A DNA stretch of 64,000 nt from Chiloscyllium plagiosum. Taxonomy: Eukaryota. Below, piece by piece: positions 12,190-26,245 of the stretch. Numbering within the stretch: the stretch's first letter is position 1; the number at the start of each line of letters is the position of its first letter. The stretch lies in assembly GCF_004010195.1 (NCBI RefSeq), contig NC_057751.1:12478908-12542907 (forward strand), given 5' to 3'. The position numbers and the translations under genes were made by a program. Below the pieces are notes generated by a model. It worked only from the letters and a program-made list of their open reading frames with translations, was not told the origin of the DNA and did no database searches.

Positions 12190-14250
12190 ATAGTGGGCCC
12201 TTCAGCCACTTGAGCTTCCTCCATACTAATCATGCTCACGTTTCCATATAAATGCCATTTTCTTGCATATCACAACATATCTTTAATGTCGAGAAATCAA
12301 TTGATCTCTGCTTTGAACATAATGAATGAGGCACGACAGTCCTCCAGGGTAGAGAATTCCCAAGATGCACAACCCTTTGAGTTAAGAAATTTCTCCTCAT
12401 CTTAGACCAAAATCATCTACCACTTGTTCTGAGACTGTACCTCCTGGTTCTACATCCTCCTAACCTATCAAGCTCTTTAATAATTTTCTATGCTTTAATG
12501 AGATCACCTCTCATTCTTCTAAATTCTGGACTATTCTCTTTAACCTCCCCTCATGGGACCATCCTGTTACCCTGCGTTTGTTGCATTTCTTTTGTGACAA
12601 GTTTATCCTTCCTTAGGTAAGAAGAAGATGGCAGTGGATTTGCAACGCTGCTTCCAAGCTCCTGGCCCGGGGCTTATCGGCTTCCACCTGCTTTCTTTGT
12701 TTCTCTTTTTTCCTTTTTACTCTTGCTTTTTACCTTTGCTTTTCTTTCTCTATCTCTCTCTTCTTTTTCTCATGAAAAACCCAGCAACTTCAGCAGGGCA
12801 GAAGTGAGCATGTGTGGCCCCAGCGGCAAGACTCGGTTCATCGGGGAGAGTGTGCTGTTAAGGAGCTCATGATGGCAGCGAGTGTTGGCCTGGTGGCAAG
12901 GGATAGCCCCCCAGAGCATGGCGACTTTCACGTTGGTGGGCCCACCAGCACAGGGCTCAAGTGGAGGCAGCAGGGAGGCCTCTGCAGTTGGTATTAGAAT
13001 TGAGATTTTGGGCTTCAGCTGCAGCAATGTAGTATGCCTGAATTGGTACTCCTGGCAGATCGACGGGAGTGGAGGTGGCATCGGTCGCGGCGTGGTAGGC
13101 CCGGTGTGGTACTCCTGGAATATAGTAGTGGTGATGGTGGTCCTGGAGTGGGATTCCTGGAGTGAGCTGTGATGCGGGGGGCGTTGGTGGACCTGGAGCC
13201 CATCATGGAAAACCCCCATCCCGTGACCCCCGTCCCCTAATGTCCAGCAGAGCACAAGAAGGGAGGAAGAACTCTGTTACTCGTTATATTCTAGTCATTT
13301 CTTAATATCTTCTGTAACTCAAAATGGTACAGGAGCATGGTAACATATTCCATTTTTCACTATTGATTTGTTTATTGTTATTCAATTCATTTCAATATCT
13401 GTAACCAAACCACATGCAATGATCCAGGCATGGTCACACCAAAGTTGTATACAATTGTAGCAAGGCACCTGCACTCCTGTCCTCTCACAATAAAGACCAA
13501 CATAGCGTTTGCCATTCTAATTCCTTACTGCAATTGCATGTTAGCTTTCAGTAATTCATTAACAAGCACACTGAGGTCCCTTTGAACATGTACTAACGAA
13601 ACTCCCATATTTATTTCTATGTTTCTGACGGAAGTGGATAACATCATATTTTTCCATATTGCATTTCATCTGCAGTGTACTTGTTCATTCATTTAGCCTG
13701 TCTAAATGTGCTTAAGGCCCCTTTGCATTCTCCTTATAACTCACCTTCCCACTTATTTTTAGAGCTTCTGCAATTTTTTAATATTACATTTGGCTCTGAA
13801 ATCCAATTAATTGATATAGATTTTGCTTTGCTGGGACTGATGCACTGATCCTTATGGTACCTAATTAGTCACAAACTTATAGAAGGATCTTTTTATTCCT
13901 ACTCTATTTACTGGCTGTTCACTAATTTTCAATAATGCTCATACATTATTCCTATTTCCCTGTGATCTGATTTTGTTTGCTCACTTCTTGTGTTGAACCT
14001 TAACGATAGCCTTTTGTAAATCTAAATACACTACATTCACTGTTTACACCCTTAATATTTCTCTGGTGATGCTATCAAAAATTTCAACCGGTTTGTTAAA
14101 TATGAATTTCCCTTCATAAATACATATCTACACTGTTGAATAATGCAATTATTTACCAAGCCTCCAGTTAGCACATTCTTGTAATAGATTCTAACATTTT
14201 CCCACCAACATCAGCCTCAAAGGAATATACATTTATTCAAAGTCATATGT
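12190..14250 (-). mobile_element. Highly decayed CR1 LINE interrupted by a GC-rich insert at ~12620-13395
   Basis: Diverged reverse-complement similarity to 28500-29750 on both sides of the insert; boundaries approximate. Confidence 0.6.
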
Positions 14251-17200
14251 TACTTTTTAAATGTTTACCATTGCTTGTCTATCATCATACCGTTTTAATG
14301 TTTTTTGCAATCCACCACACCTTGCCATTTTCTTAGGACCTTAACTTCAGATTGAATTACATCACTTTATATAAAATGTCAACATATTATGGTTCAACTT
14401 TTCCAAAAGACCCTTGTCATTCACATTTCCTCTTTGCAAAGTACGAGATCTTAAGTAACTTACTCTCTTGTCGGTTCCTCATCTCACTTACATTCCAGGA
14501 AATCATCCTCCAAAACCTGAATGGTATATGTGGATGTTGATTATTGCACTATACTTGTTACATGCATTTTAAATGTCCACTATTGTTTGATGACCTCTAA
14601 ACAACTTCAACCAATGTTTGCTGCCCCTTTATGTTTCTTAGCGTCAGCCAAACTAAATCTTGATCATCTGATCCAAGACCCTCTCTCACCCATGTTCTGA
14701 TTGCACCCATTATTAATAGTGCTACCCTGCCATCTTTTTGCCAATAACTCTTAAATGTTGAATACTGCGCTGTAACTTCTTAGCTTAAATTATTGCAAAT
14801 TTCAGTGCCTCAAAAAGGTGCTGATATATTTTTGGTTTAATGAACACAAGCACTTTACTGATCTTCTGTCCGATTAGCAAATGTGGATTTTCCTGCAAAT
14901 CAGTTGATGAATAATTTAAAGAAACAAATGGATGCCTTGTTTTGTTTTGGAGAATGTGCATGGTTCAGACAGGAATGGCATACAAAGAGATTGCATCACA
15001 AATACCTTGTGTGTATAGCCTGCAAGTTTGTTGTGTGTGACTTAGGCAAGAGTCTGTGGAGACTGCAGTCTCATGGACTGTTGTGTTGTGTTCTAATTAA
15101 ATTGCTTATCCTGATCTTTTAGAGCTGGGCGATTAAGAGTAAATGGTAACTTCTCCTTCACTGTTTCATACAATTTCTATGCCCCAGCAATTACAAGCTG
15201 CCCATCTATTTACTGCCAGATTGGAAAAAAATCTACATTATTTCAACCCTCCGTTCTGATCTGAAATGTGACTTGGGAGGGATCCGAGATTTAAGGAGGG
15301 CTTTAAAATAACTCTGACCTGTACTGGGAAAGCATCAATTGTCACCATATTATTCCAGCAGTTTTTATTATCTCGACAGACTGTCTCCCACAGCCTTTCA
15401 CATTTGTCATTTGTCACCAGGCATTCTAATAACAATTGGCCATGAAGGGTTCTGTCTGGAGATAGCTTACATAGATAGTCTGGAAGTTATTTTCCCCTGA
15501 ATTTCAATAAATTGGAGCATTGCATCCTGTTCAATACAATAATATGAAGGTCAACAGCAGTCGATTCGCCCAGTCTCCAGTCAATGACTTAATCTCAGCT
15601 ATTGGCTAGTATCATAGTGGAGAACGATGGTTTATGATATATCATTTTCTGTATCAATGCAGTTCTCTTTTGTTAACTCTACGCTTTGATTTATCAAATC
15701 TTTTCAAATGTGACCCCTCTCTCCTTCTAGTTTGCTTGTCTATAACTGCCAGTTCGGGTGTCATATTAAAGTTACCATCCAGGAGTTTTCACCCTATGCT
15801 CGCTTACCTTCCACCTGTGTCTCCCAAGACTTCTGCCATTGGTCACCCAACACATTAATCATCAGGGAGTCCTGCCTTCTCAAGGCTTTTCAATCATTCC
15901 AGCTTTAACTTTTGTGAATCTGTTCTCCCTAGTGCTAAGTCAGCTAATCTTGGAATTCACAACCAAGGGCCACAGTTAGTCTTGTCGTTTGCCAGCTTAG
16001 GCAGGTATAAGTCAGAGACAACTTTTCCTGGAGATACATCATACTTGGTGACTGAGTAAGAGTTCAACTGTGATGGCCCAAAAGAGCTGTTGAAACATGA
16101 ACTCACTTCTTGGACTCAATTTTAAAGAGACTCTGGGTGTAACAATAGAGTGGGGTTGCGTCAGCATGCAGATCAACAAAGAAGGTGTGGAAGAGCAAGG
16201 AAAAGGAGCAAGAAACAAGCTAAACTTTTTTCATGTGCACATTATCATTCATTGAGCTGTGGGTCACGAGCACCATGAGGAGATAGTTGTGGTGAAATTT
16301 AGGATCATAGCCAATCCTTTCTTCCACATTCAATAAACAGAGCTGCGAAAAATATAAAATCATTCACATTTTACCATCAAAACTTCCAGAAAGTCAGTGA
16401 TACATTCAAGCTTGAAGAGGAAGAATCGTTTTCTCACCCAAAGACATGATGTCTCATAAATTGTCCAATGGTTTTCTAATGCTTTGCCATACGTATGCCA
16501 GTCAACATCAAGCATGGCTAATAAGGAGAGCCCAGCCTAACCTTACCACCTGCACAGGCATATTGGGAGGACATTCGGGCAAATAATAAACCTGCTTGTC
16601 TCTTTTGAATGCATCTTATATGGCCATCAAATCCTGGACTCGAACTCAGACTTCTGACTCAGAGGCTGGAATGCTGTCCACTGCACAATATTTTCTCCCC
16701 AACTATACAAACCACCTCTGAGTCAACTTGGGTTATTTTTAATCAGGTAATAGTTATTCTGTCAGATTTCCTGCTGATCCAATCATACCCTCCCAAATCC
16801 TTTCAATAATTTGCAAATACTAAATGAGAACAGGAGTGAGGAGGTCTGTAAAGCCACAAATATTGAAGTGTACATCAACATTCACTATTAGAACATAGAA
16901 CAGTACAGCACAGGAATGGGCCCTTCAGCACACAATGTTGTGTGGAACATGATGTCAAATGAATCTAATCCTGCCTGCCTGCCCTTGTTCATAGTCATGT
17001 GCTGATCTAAAAGCCCCTTAAATTCATATCAGTCACTACCCTTGGCAGTACGTTTCCGACTCCTACCACTCTCTGTAAAAATTTGCCTCTTGTGTCTCCT
17101 TTGAACTTTCCCCCTCTCACCTTAAATGCAGACCCCCTAGTATTAAACATTTCAACTGTGGGAAAAAGACTCTGACCATCAACCCTATCCATGCCACTCA

Positions 17201-18370
17201 TAATTTTATAGACTTCTATCAAGGTTACCATCAGCCTCTGCCCTCAAGAGAAAACAACCCAAGTTTTTCTTGCCTCTCCTTATAGCTTATACCTTCTAAT
17301 CTAAGTAACATCCTTGTAAACTTCTTCTGCAACCTTTCGAAAGCCTCCATATCCTTACTGTAATATGGTGACCAGAACTGAACGCAATACTCTAAGTGTG
17401 GTCTAGCCAAGGTATTATAAACCTGCAACATGACATCTTGACTCATGTACTCAGTTCCCTGGCTAATAAAGGCAAACAGGCCATTTGCCTTCTTTACCAT
17501 CCTACATACTTGCATGGCCACTTTCAGGGAACTCTGGACTCGAACCCCAAGATCTTTCTATACATCAATGCTGTTCAAAGTCCTGCCATTAATTATATGT
17601 TTTTCCTTAACATTTGAACTCTCAAAGAGCAGCACCTTACACTTACCCAGATTAAACTCCGTCTGCCATTTCTCTGCCCATATCTGCAACTGAGCTATAT
17701 CTTGCTGTATCCTTTGACAACCTTCTACACTACCGACAACTCCACTCATCTTTGTATCATCTGCAAACTTACTAACGCACCCATCTGCATTTTCATATAT
17801 ATCACAAACTGTAGAGGACACAATATAGATCCCTGGGGAACATCACTCATCATGGCCTCCAGTCTGAAAACACTCTTCCACCGCTACCCTCTGCTTTCTA
17901 TGGGCAAGCAAACTCTGAATCTATGTGGCCAAGCCAACATGGATCCCATGCATCTTAGTCTTCTGGATGAACCTACCATGACGGACCTTGTCGATAGCCT
18001 TACTAAAATCCATGTAAACATCATCCATAATTCTACCTTCATTGATCACCTGGACAAATTCGATCAATTTGCAAGACATGACCTGTCCTGCACAAAGCCA
18101 TGCTGACTGTCCCTAAGTAGGCTATTTTTTTCAAAATGTGCTTAAATCCGAAACCTAAGAATTTTTTCCCATAGTTTCCCAACCACCGATGTGAGACTCA
18201 CTGGTCTATAGTTTCCTGTATTATTCCAATTTCCCTTCTTGAACAGAGAAACAACATTAGCTACTTGTTGGGACCTCTCTAGTGGCAAATGAGGATACAA
18301 AGATCTTGGTCATGGCCCCAGCAATCTCCTCTCTTGCCTTTCTCAGTAACCTGGGGTAGATACCATCGGG

Positions 18371-18567
18371 GAGAAAGTGAGGACTGCAGGTGCTGGAGAT
18401 CAGAGCTGAAAATGTGTTGCTGGAAAAGCGCAGCAGGTCAGGCAGCATCCAAGCATCCAAGGAGCAGGAGAATCAACGTTTCGGGCATAAGTCTGGCTTA
18501 TGCCCAAAACGTCGATTCTCCCGTTCCTTGGATGCTGCCTGACCTGCTGTGCTTTTCCAGCAACACA
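18371..18567. mobile_element. Palindromic short element (family B) nested in a CR1 LINE
   Basis: Perfect 14-bp TSD TAGATACCATCGGG (18357-18370, 18568-18581); inverted arms; interrupts the CR1 ORF2 remnant at DGIYPRLL. Confidence 0.85.
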
Positions 18568-18746
18568 TAGATACCATCGGGCACTGGGGACTTATCAAAC
18601 TTAATGCTCTTCAAGAGATCCAACACCACTTCTTTATTGATCTCAAAATGCCTGAGCATATTAGTATGCTCCATTCAAATCTCAGTATCCTCCATGTCCT
18701 TCTCCTGGGTGAATACCGATGCAAAATACATTAATGATCTCATCCA

Positions 18747-19168
18747 CACAGAGTCACAGAGATGTACAGCATGGAAACAGGCCCTTCAGTCCAACTCATC
18801 CACGCCAAACAGATACCCTAAATTAATCTAATCCCATTTTCCAGCACTTGGCCCATATCCCTCTAAAGCTTTTTATTCATTGCCCATCCAGCTGCTTTTT
18901 AAATGTTGTAATTTTACCAGGTTCCACCACTTCCATTGGCAGTTCATTCCATACACACACTATTTGCTTGAAAAAGTTGCCCCTTAGGTCCCTTTTAAAT
19001 CTTTCTCTTCTCACCCTAAACCTATGCCCTCTAGTTCTGGACTCCCCTACCCCAGGGAAAAAAAACCTTATTTATTTAGTTCTGCTCTGATTTGCCTTTT
19101 CAAAATGCAGTACCTCACGTTTATCTAAATTAAACTCCATTTTGCCACTCCTCAGCCCATTGGCCATC
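18747..19168 (-). mobile_element. CR1 3' fragment nested in the older CR1
   Basis: GAGTCACAGAGATGTACAGCATGGAAACAGGCCC tail shared with the copies at 25800 and 48120; joined to a short RT piece. Confidence 0.7.
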
Positions 19169-20702
19169 CTCTGTCTCCAAGCGCAAGTTCCCTCCTTTAT
19201 CCTTGAGTGGTTCTACCTTCTCCCTAGTTATCCTCTTGTTTTTAGTGTATCTATAAAATGCCTTGGGATTCTCTTCAACCCTACTTGGTAAGGTCCTTTC
19301 CTGGTCCTTTCTTGCTCTCCTGATTCCCTGCTCGAGGAGTTTTCTGTTTTCCCTTTTTTCTTCATGGATCCTGTCTGATTTTAGTTTCCTAAACCTTACA
19401 TGTACCTTTTTCCTTTTAACTAAATTCAGAACCGTCCTTGTTTTCCAAGTGTCCCTTACCTTGCCTTCCTTACCCTTCCTCCTTACTGGAACATGCCAAT
19501 CTTGAACTCTCATCAGCAGGTCTTGAGACAATTCGCACATGTCAAGTATGGACTTGCTTGATAAGAGCTCCTCCCTGGCTCCTGCACAATACTGATTTAA
19601 TTTACCTTCCCCAATTTCCTGCAAGGTTCTGACTTATCCTTGTTCAAAGTTAAAACTTTAAACTTCAGGAGTTGAGATCGTGGTTTCCAAAATGCTCTCC
19701 CACAGAAAGGTAAGTCACCTGGTCAGGCTCATTAGCCAATACAAGCTAATACAACATCCAGTATGTTGGGCTATCCACGTCCTGTTTCAAGAAATCTTCT
19801 TGGATATACCTACCATATTCTGCCCCGGATAAGCCTTTTGCTCTTTGGGAGTCCCAGTCAATATTGGGGAAGTTAAAGTCACCCACTGTGATAGCTCTGT
19901 TATTGCATTTTTCCATTATCTGCCTATATATTTGTCCCTCAATCTTTCAGTAGCCATTAAGGGGACAGTGGGAAGGTGGGGGAGGGGTGCGATCATATTA
20001 TCCTATCTGAGTGATTGCATCCATCTTACTTTTGAGCTCTACCCATATTGCCTCATTGGATAAGCCATCCAGTATGTCCTCTTTCAGTGCAGATGCAACT
20101 CCTCCACCTATAATACCTTCCTCTCTTTCTCATCTAAAACAATGAAACCCTGGAATAATGAAGGGGCAGTCTCAACCAAGTCTATGTAATGGCCACAACA
20201 TCATACTCTCTTACCTATAATACCCCCAGCATTGAAATAAACACATTTCATTCCATTACTACCATTGTGTTCATTTACCTGTCTCTGCCTGGCTTTTCTT
20301 TCTGATTTACTGGTCCAAACATCTACCTACCCCTCAAACCCTCCACTTGCTGACCTGTTGTTCTGGTTCCCAGTCCCCTGCCACTCTAGTTTTAACTTTC
20401 CTGAGTAGCACTAGCGAACCTCCCTCCGAGGATACTGATTCCCCTCCAGTTTAGGTGTGCATCCCATCCCTCTTGTACAGGTCACCCCTATCCCAGAAGA
20501 GGTCCCAATGATCCAAGAACCTGAAACCCATCCCCCTGGACCAGCTCCTTAAGCACATATTCATCTGTCCTATCTTTCTGTACCTTGCCTCACTAGCACA
20601 TGGCACTGGCCAGTAATCCAGTAACCCTTGAGGTCCTGCTTTTCAGCGTCTTCCCTAACTCCCGGTACTCACTCTGCAGGACCTCATCCCTCTTTCTACT
20701 AT

Positions 20703-21002
20703 GGGCGGCACTGCTGCCTCACAGCGCCAGAGACCCGGGTTCAATTCCCGCCTCAGGCGACTGACTTGTGTGGAGTTTGCACGTTCTCCCCGTGTCTGCG
20801 TGGGTTTCCTCCGGGTGCTCCGGTTTCCTCCCACAGTCCAAAGATGTGCAGGTCAGGTGAATTGGCCATGCTAAATTGCCCGTAGTGTTAGGTAAGGGGT
20901 AAATGTAGGGGTATGGGTGGGTTGCGCTTCGGCGGGTCGGTGTGGACTTGTTGGGCCGAAGGGCCTGTTTCCACACTGTAAGTAATCTAATCTAATCTAA
21001 TC
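20703..21002 (+). mobile_element. Young V-SINE (HE1-like), A-box deleted, nested in CR1 ORF1
   Basis: Near-identical to 48887-49210, with the same (TCTAA)n tail. Confidence 0.88.
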
Positions 21003-22119
21003 AATGTTGTTGGTACCAATGTGCACCACCACTGGCTCCTCGCCCTCCCCCTTAAGAAGTTCATGCAACCATTCAGAGACGTCCTTAACCCTGGCACCAG
21101 GGAGGCAACACACCATCCTGGATCTCAAATGTGACCACAGAAATGCCTGTCAGTGCCCCTAACTGGCAAGTCTCCAATCACTATTACTCACTTGGATCTT
21201 ATCCAAGTATGCTATACAGCAGTGTCAGTTGTGGTCTCACAAGCCTGAGAGGGTCTTCCCCCAACAGTATTCAAAACAGTATACTTGTTGGAGAGGGGCA
21301 CTATGTGCCTGTTGTCACATAATAACCACCCATTCGGAACAGGCACCTCATGCAATTCTGTTCCATAATCATTTGTGACTACAAGGAGCTGGTTGATGAG
21401 GCATTAAGATGGTTATGAGTGGGTGGGTTGGGTCATGTCACTGAAACTAGTTCGAGCTGGTCTGTAAAAAGGTCTAAAATCCCATCATTCCATTCCCAAT
21501 TTGCTCTGGAGGTAATGCTCAGCTTAATTTGATTTGAAAAGAGATTCTTTTGCTACTTGTGACAAGGCAGATTTATTCAAGAATCATTGTTTATGGTCCA
21601 TGTTCAAATGATTGCATCCTGGTGCTCAATTGCAATCATTTTGCCATATTTTCCAACCCAATGATTGCATACATCAACTCCTGAGTGTCAACAGTGTGGC
21701 CCGACAGCATCAACTAAGAGTGTGGCAGTCGCTGTGGCCCTTATCGATGTTTGCACAAAATAAATAAAAGGCTATTTCAAAAAAGTTCTGCTTTCAGCAT
21801 GAGATGTAGCACCATTCTAATCGTGGGTTTACAGGAAATGTAGTGTCCCTGTGGTTTGTCTTCTCAACTATTGCTTTGACTTACTTTTTGTGTTTTAAAA
21901 TTATGATCCATATACATGATGTTTTAAAACATGGAATATTCATTAGTCAGCATATTCCTCTTTAGGTTGTTTCAAAGTTACCCAGGACTTTCCATATCCA
22001 GAGATAATGGCATGGCGAAACTTTATAATCTCTCCTCTTTGTGTCAGAAATGTCAACCAGATTAAAAAGAACAATTTACAAACTTATCGTAAGGTAAGAT
22101 CTCGATAACCAGCTTGACC

Positions 22120-22515
22120 AAGTTAAAGGCTTGTTGGTTCAAGTTCCACTCAGATTTTAGCACCATTTCCAGATTGATCTTTTCAGTGCCAGTACCCAGG
22201 GAGCTCTGCACTGCCAGAAGTGTAAACTTTCGGGAGAAAGATTAAACCCACACTCACGTGAAGGAAAAGATTCAACTGCACCATCTCAAACAAGAACAGA
22301 GGAATTGTTCCTAATTAACTGGTTCAGTATGACTTTTAATGAGCACCTCTGAACTGAACTGCCTAACCTTTATTATATGACTGTGGAAGTTTGTTGAGTG
22401 CATAGTCGCTCTCTCAATTTCTACATTGAAACAATTATTACATTTAAAAAATATATCATTGGTAATTAGGCACTTTGTGACATTGTGAGGTCATGTTGTA
22501 TAAATACATGTCATT
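22120..22515 (+). mobile_element. Degenerate DeuSINE (SacSINE1-like)
   Basis: GGTTCAAGTTCCACTC..CAGTGCCAGTACCCAGGGAGCTCTGCACTG..TTAAACC, ending TATAAATACATGTCATTTT; related copies near 38450-39075 (+) and 56500-56900 (-). Confidence 0.5.
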
Positions 22516-25500
22516 TTGTTTTCAGCATCAAAACAACATCTAACACACATGGTAAAATTTTGTCTGTGACGACAGGCACCAAGCAGTCAGTCTTGAGTGT
22601 ATTCTGGCTTATAACCAAAATTGGAGGAGTTGAAGAAGTGGTGTCAGTCATGGAGAAGCCAGTATAAACATATCGGGTTCCACCTCGATGCAATTTTAAA
22701 GCTGGAAAAACAAATATACTCTTTACTTACTCTCCCCACCCCCCAAACCACCAAAATGAAGCAGGAACAATCCTTGGGTTATTGCAGCTGAAACAAATAC
22801 ATTCAGATGTCAAGACATCAACTGAATAAGTACATGGAACCAGTTGCATATTTCTCAAGCAGTCAGTCATAAAAAAGCAATGGCAAGTGTTTTGCTAAAT
22901 CAATTCCCAGGGCTTGAGTAAACTCAAGAAGGGAAAGATGATTGATAGCTCAATGCATGCAATTCATCCATGGACGAGGTTGTGCATATTTTTCCATCAC
23001 CAAAGCTGGTCTAATATCTGGGAGGGGAAGAAAATACTTCTGTTGGTCACATTTTATTTGGTGAATTATCTTGTCAGAACTACACTTTTTAAGAAGCCTT
23101 TGGACTGCAACAACTTTCTAAAGAAGAGCTTTCATTTTCAATTACTGAGATAAACCTAACCAAAAGTATAGAAAGCTTTTGATCTCTATAATATTTCTGT
23201 TGTTCTTGGAAAGTAAACAAGTGAACATTCTACCCTTTCCCACTTACTGACTTCCCCCATTAGCAATGAATTAGACAAGGGAGGTGATGAGGTACCAAAC
23301 CTGTTCCTAACTCTGTTTCCGATCGAGGCCATGAAAACATGAGAAAGGAATTGACCAGCTTGCCCATTTAAGTGTGCCTCCTTGTACCCAGTCAGCAAAC
23401 GATGCTGGGAGGCTACCAATGTGCCTTCAGCAGAATACAGTGCAAAAGGATATAAGGTTGCACAGACATTAAAACTGAAGATCTTGACATTTTGATTAAA
23501 ATTCCAGAAATATTTTTCCAGGAAATGAATGGAGGATTTATGAATGATGCTTGTTGTTCTGTATGGAGTATACTTGAACACATTCTCAACTGGCATAGTT
23601 AAAGCTTTGCAGTGTGGTTAGTGGCTGATGTTTTCCTTCTGAACTGTGCTTTCAGTATGTTAAACTCGAAATGCACCTCTGAGATTGGGTTAACTACCCC
23701 TGTGTCACAACTGAAACTTGATTGCAACATCTCCTCAAAATGTCATATCTGGAAACCCAAGCTTGCATCTGTGATGTGTGTCTCTTAAATTTACTGCCTC
23801 TTTTTTTCACTTGGCTGTGTTCTGCAGTTGCTCTTAGCCATTTCACATTAGTTCCTTCTCAAAATAAGATGGCTGCAGCAATCTCTCTCTTAGGGTTCAA
23901 CGTCCCTTAAAATGTTCAGAAATCACAGAAGGCAATAAATTCAAGATGTGGAATTGCATTGTGTTAAATCTGACTGAGGCAGCATGTTTAGCCTCCTGGT
24001 ATGTTTGACGGAAAGAGAAAGTTAGACAAGTAATAAACTAGCTGACAGGAACACTCATCACAAATGAGACTGTAGCAGAAACAAAAGTGGTTTTATTATG
24101 TGCTTGCCCAGTTTGACTGAGTGCTCTTTTCAAACGACATACAGACAGCACTTTCAATCTCACTGAACTGTTTCACTTTTGTGTCTGGAAAAATTGTTGA
24201 ATGACCAAGTTGCCTGCCTTATCAGTCTACTGCTCAAAGACTAAATTGCAATCTGAATTCTTGGTGAAAGAAAATACTTAATTCTTTTTTGAAACCTACA
24301 GAATAAACGAATGGTAAAAAGGTTTTATTAGCCTCTATTGGCAGGTCTTTGTCCAGGTCTTGTGGATACAAATATTCACTCATTGTGATTGAAAGGATCT
24401 TTAAAAATTGACATCTTTTGTCCAGTTATTTCAATTTAGTTTGTTATCTTCTGGCCTTCCTCTGCCTTCACACTCCTGGCTGCCCCTGTTAACCTCATCA
24501 CCAGTTTTCTTCTTCATTCCACTGCTCCATGTTTGTTCAGCCACAACACTTCTAGTCTCTGAAACATTTCACACCTCTGTGCTTATTCACAGTTCTTGTC
24601 TCCGACCATGTCACGAGTTGGAAATTTTGCTTGTGTGAACTGCGGTTGAGCAAAGGCTATTCTCAGTAGAAGGCAAAAAAGAATGAATTTGCACTTACCT
24701 AGCATTACCAATGCTTTCACAATCAACCTAGTGTCACTGCTGTGATGGAGACCTGAGCCAACCAATTTGCACACAGTAAACTTCCAAATAACTGCAAAGA
24801 GATAATGACCACCAGAAAATCTACTTTTTTATGTCTATTGGTTGTGTGACAAATCCTGGTCAAGGCACTAGGGAAAGCTCACCTGAAACAGTCCCACTTG
24901 AGAAAACAGACAGTGCCCCACTTTAACACCTAACTGGAAAATTAAAGAGAAAATAACATTCATGGACTACAGTGAAGAGCTTGATCCCTTTGCTTTGGGC
25001 ATGAATCAGGTCCTGGTCACTAAGCAGACGGGTGCTTGTACACTGCACCTGTCCAGTCCTAACCCGTTGACCTGAACCTTCCAGGGGTATGTAAATAATG
25101 CCAAATACCTGGTGTGTGGCTCATTCTTTCCATTGTCTGGGTGTACATATTATTCTGATGGGCCTGAGCACAGCTTTTCACTCAACATTTCGCTCTTGAT
25201 TCCAATACCTATTTTCTGAGAACATTCCCTCCCTGACTGTATCAACGACTTTGCATAAAAATCACAAACCCTTTAGTGTCTGCACACTCAGAGCTCATCA
25301 CTGTTAGTTGAATACTATGTGAAACTGCTTTAAGAATGACACTTTACTCAAATTATACACATTATTAACAGGACATACTCACTTGTCAAGAAAAAAGGAA
25401 CAAAGATAGAAGAATACAGTTAAAGTACAGATCAGCCAAAATCAAACTGAATGATAAAAGAGGTTTAAAGGGCTGAATGTCTCACTCTTGTACCCAACTC

Positions 25501-25799
25501 CTCCAGGTAAAATACAGTTAAACTCTTGTAATTTCCACTCTCAATCATGAAGTGATTGATTTTTGGTAGGGTGAGCCTAATGCTGGGATATGGTGCCAAT
25601 CCTCATGTCTGAACCCAAACTGGGGATGTTGGGAATCCAGACTGAGCCAGAGCCATTTCTTTCTTCATGGTCCACACCCACAAACAGTCTGGATGCGCTT
25701 TGCTGAGCAACGGTCAGGAAGCAATAATGCGAATGCTGGGAATTTGGAATATGAATAGAACATGCTGCTATTGCTCAGCAAGTCAGTCAGGATCTACCA

Positions 25800-26245
25800 T
25801 AGAGTCATGGAGATGTACAGCACGGAAACAGACCCTTCAGTCCAACTTGTCCATGCCAACCAGATATTCTAAAGTAATCCAGTCCCATTTGCCAGCAGTT
25901 GGCCCACATCTTTCTAAACCCTTCCTATTCATTTATCTATCCAGCCAGATGCCTTTTAAATGTTGTAATGTTGCCTTTTAAATGTTGTAATCCACCACTT
26001 CCTCTGGCAGCTCATTCCATACACACACCACCCTCTTCACACATTTGTCCCTTAGGTCCCTTTTAAACCTTTCTCCTGACACCTTGAACCTATGCCGTCT
26101 AGTTTTGGACTCACCCACCCGAGGAAAAAGACCTTGTCTATTCACTCTACCCATGCCTCTCTAAATAATCACCCTTCAGCTTTCAATACTCCAATGGTAA
26201 TAGCCCCAGCCTATTTAGCCTCTCTCTGTAGCTCATACCCTCCAA
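25800..26245 (-). mobile_element. CR1 LINE 3' end
   Basis: Same family as 48120-48735. Confidence 0.8.

Larger units (their letters stand above)
16889..21300 (-). mobile_element. Decayed near-full-length CR1 LINE (SGNH-esterase ORF1 + RT ORF2) with nested insertions
   Basis: 3' (TTCTATG)-type tail at 16889. RT motifs SKFADDTK and RPHLEYCVQFWSP. ORF1 remnants IVIGD, VVHIGTN and DG.HLNWRG at ~20430-21190. Many stops and frameshifts. Confidence 0.85.
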
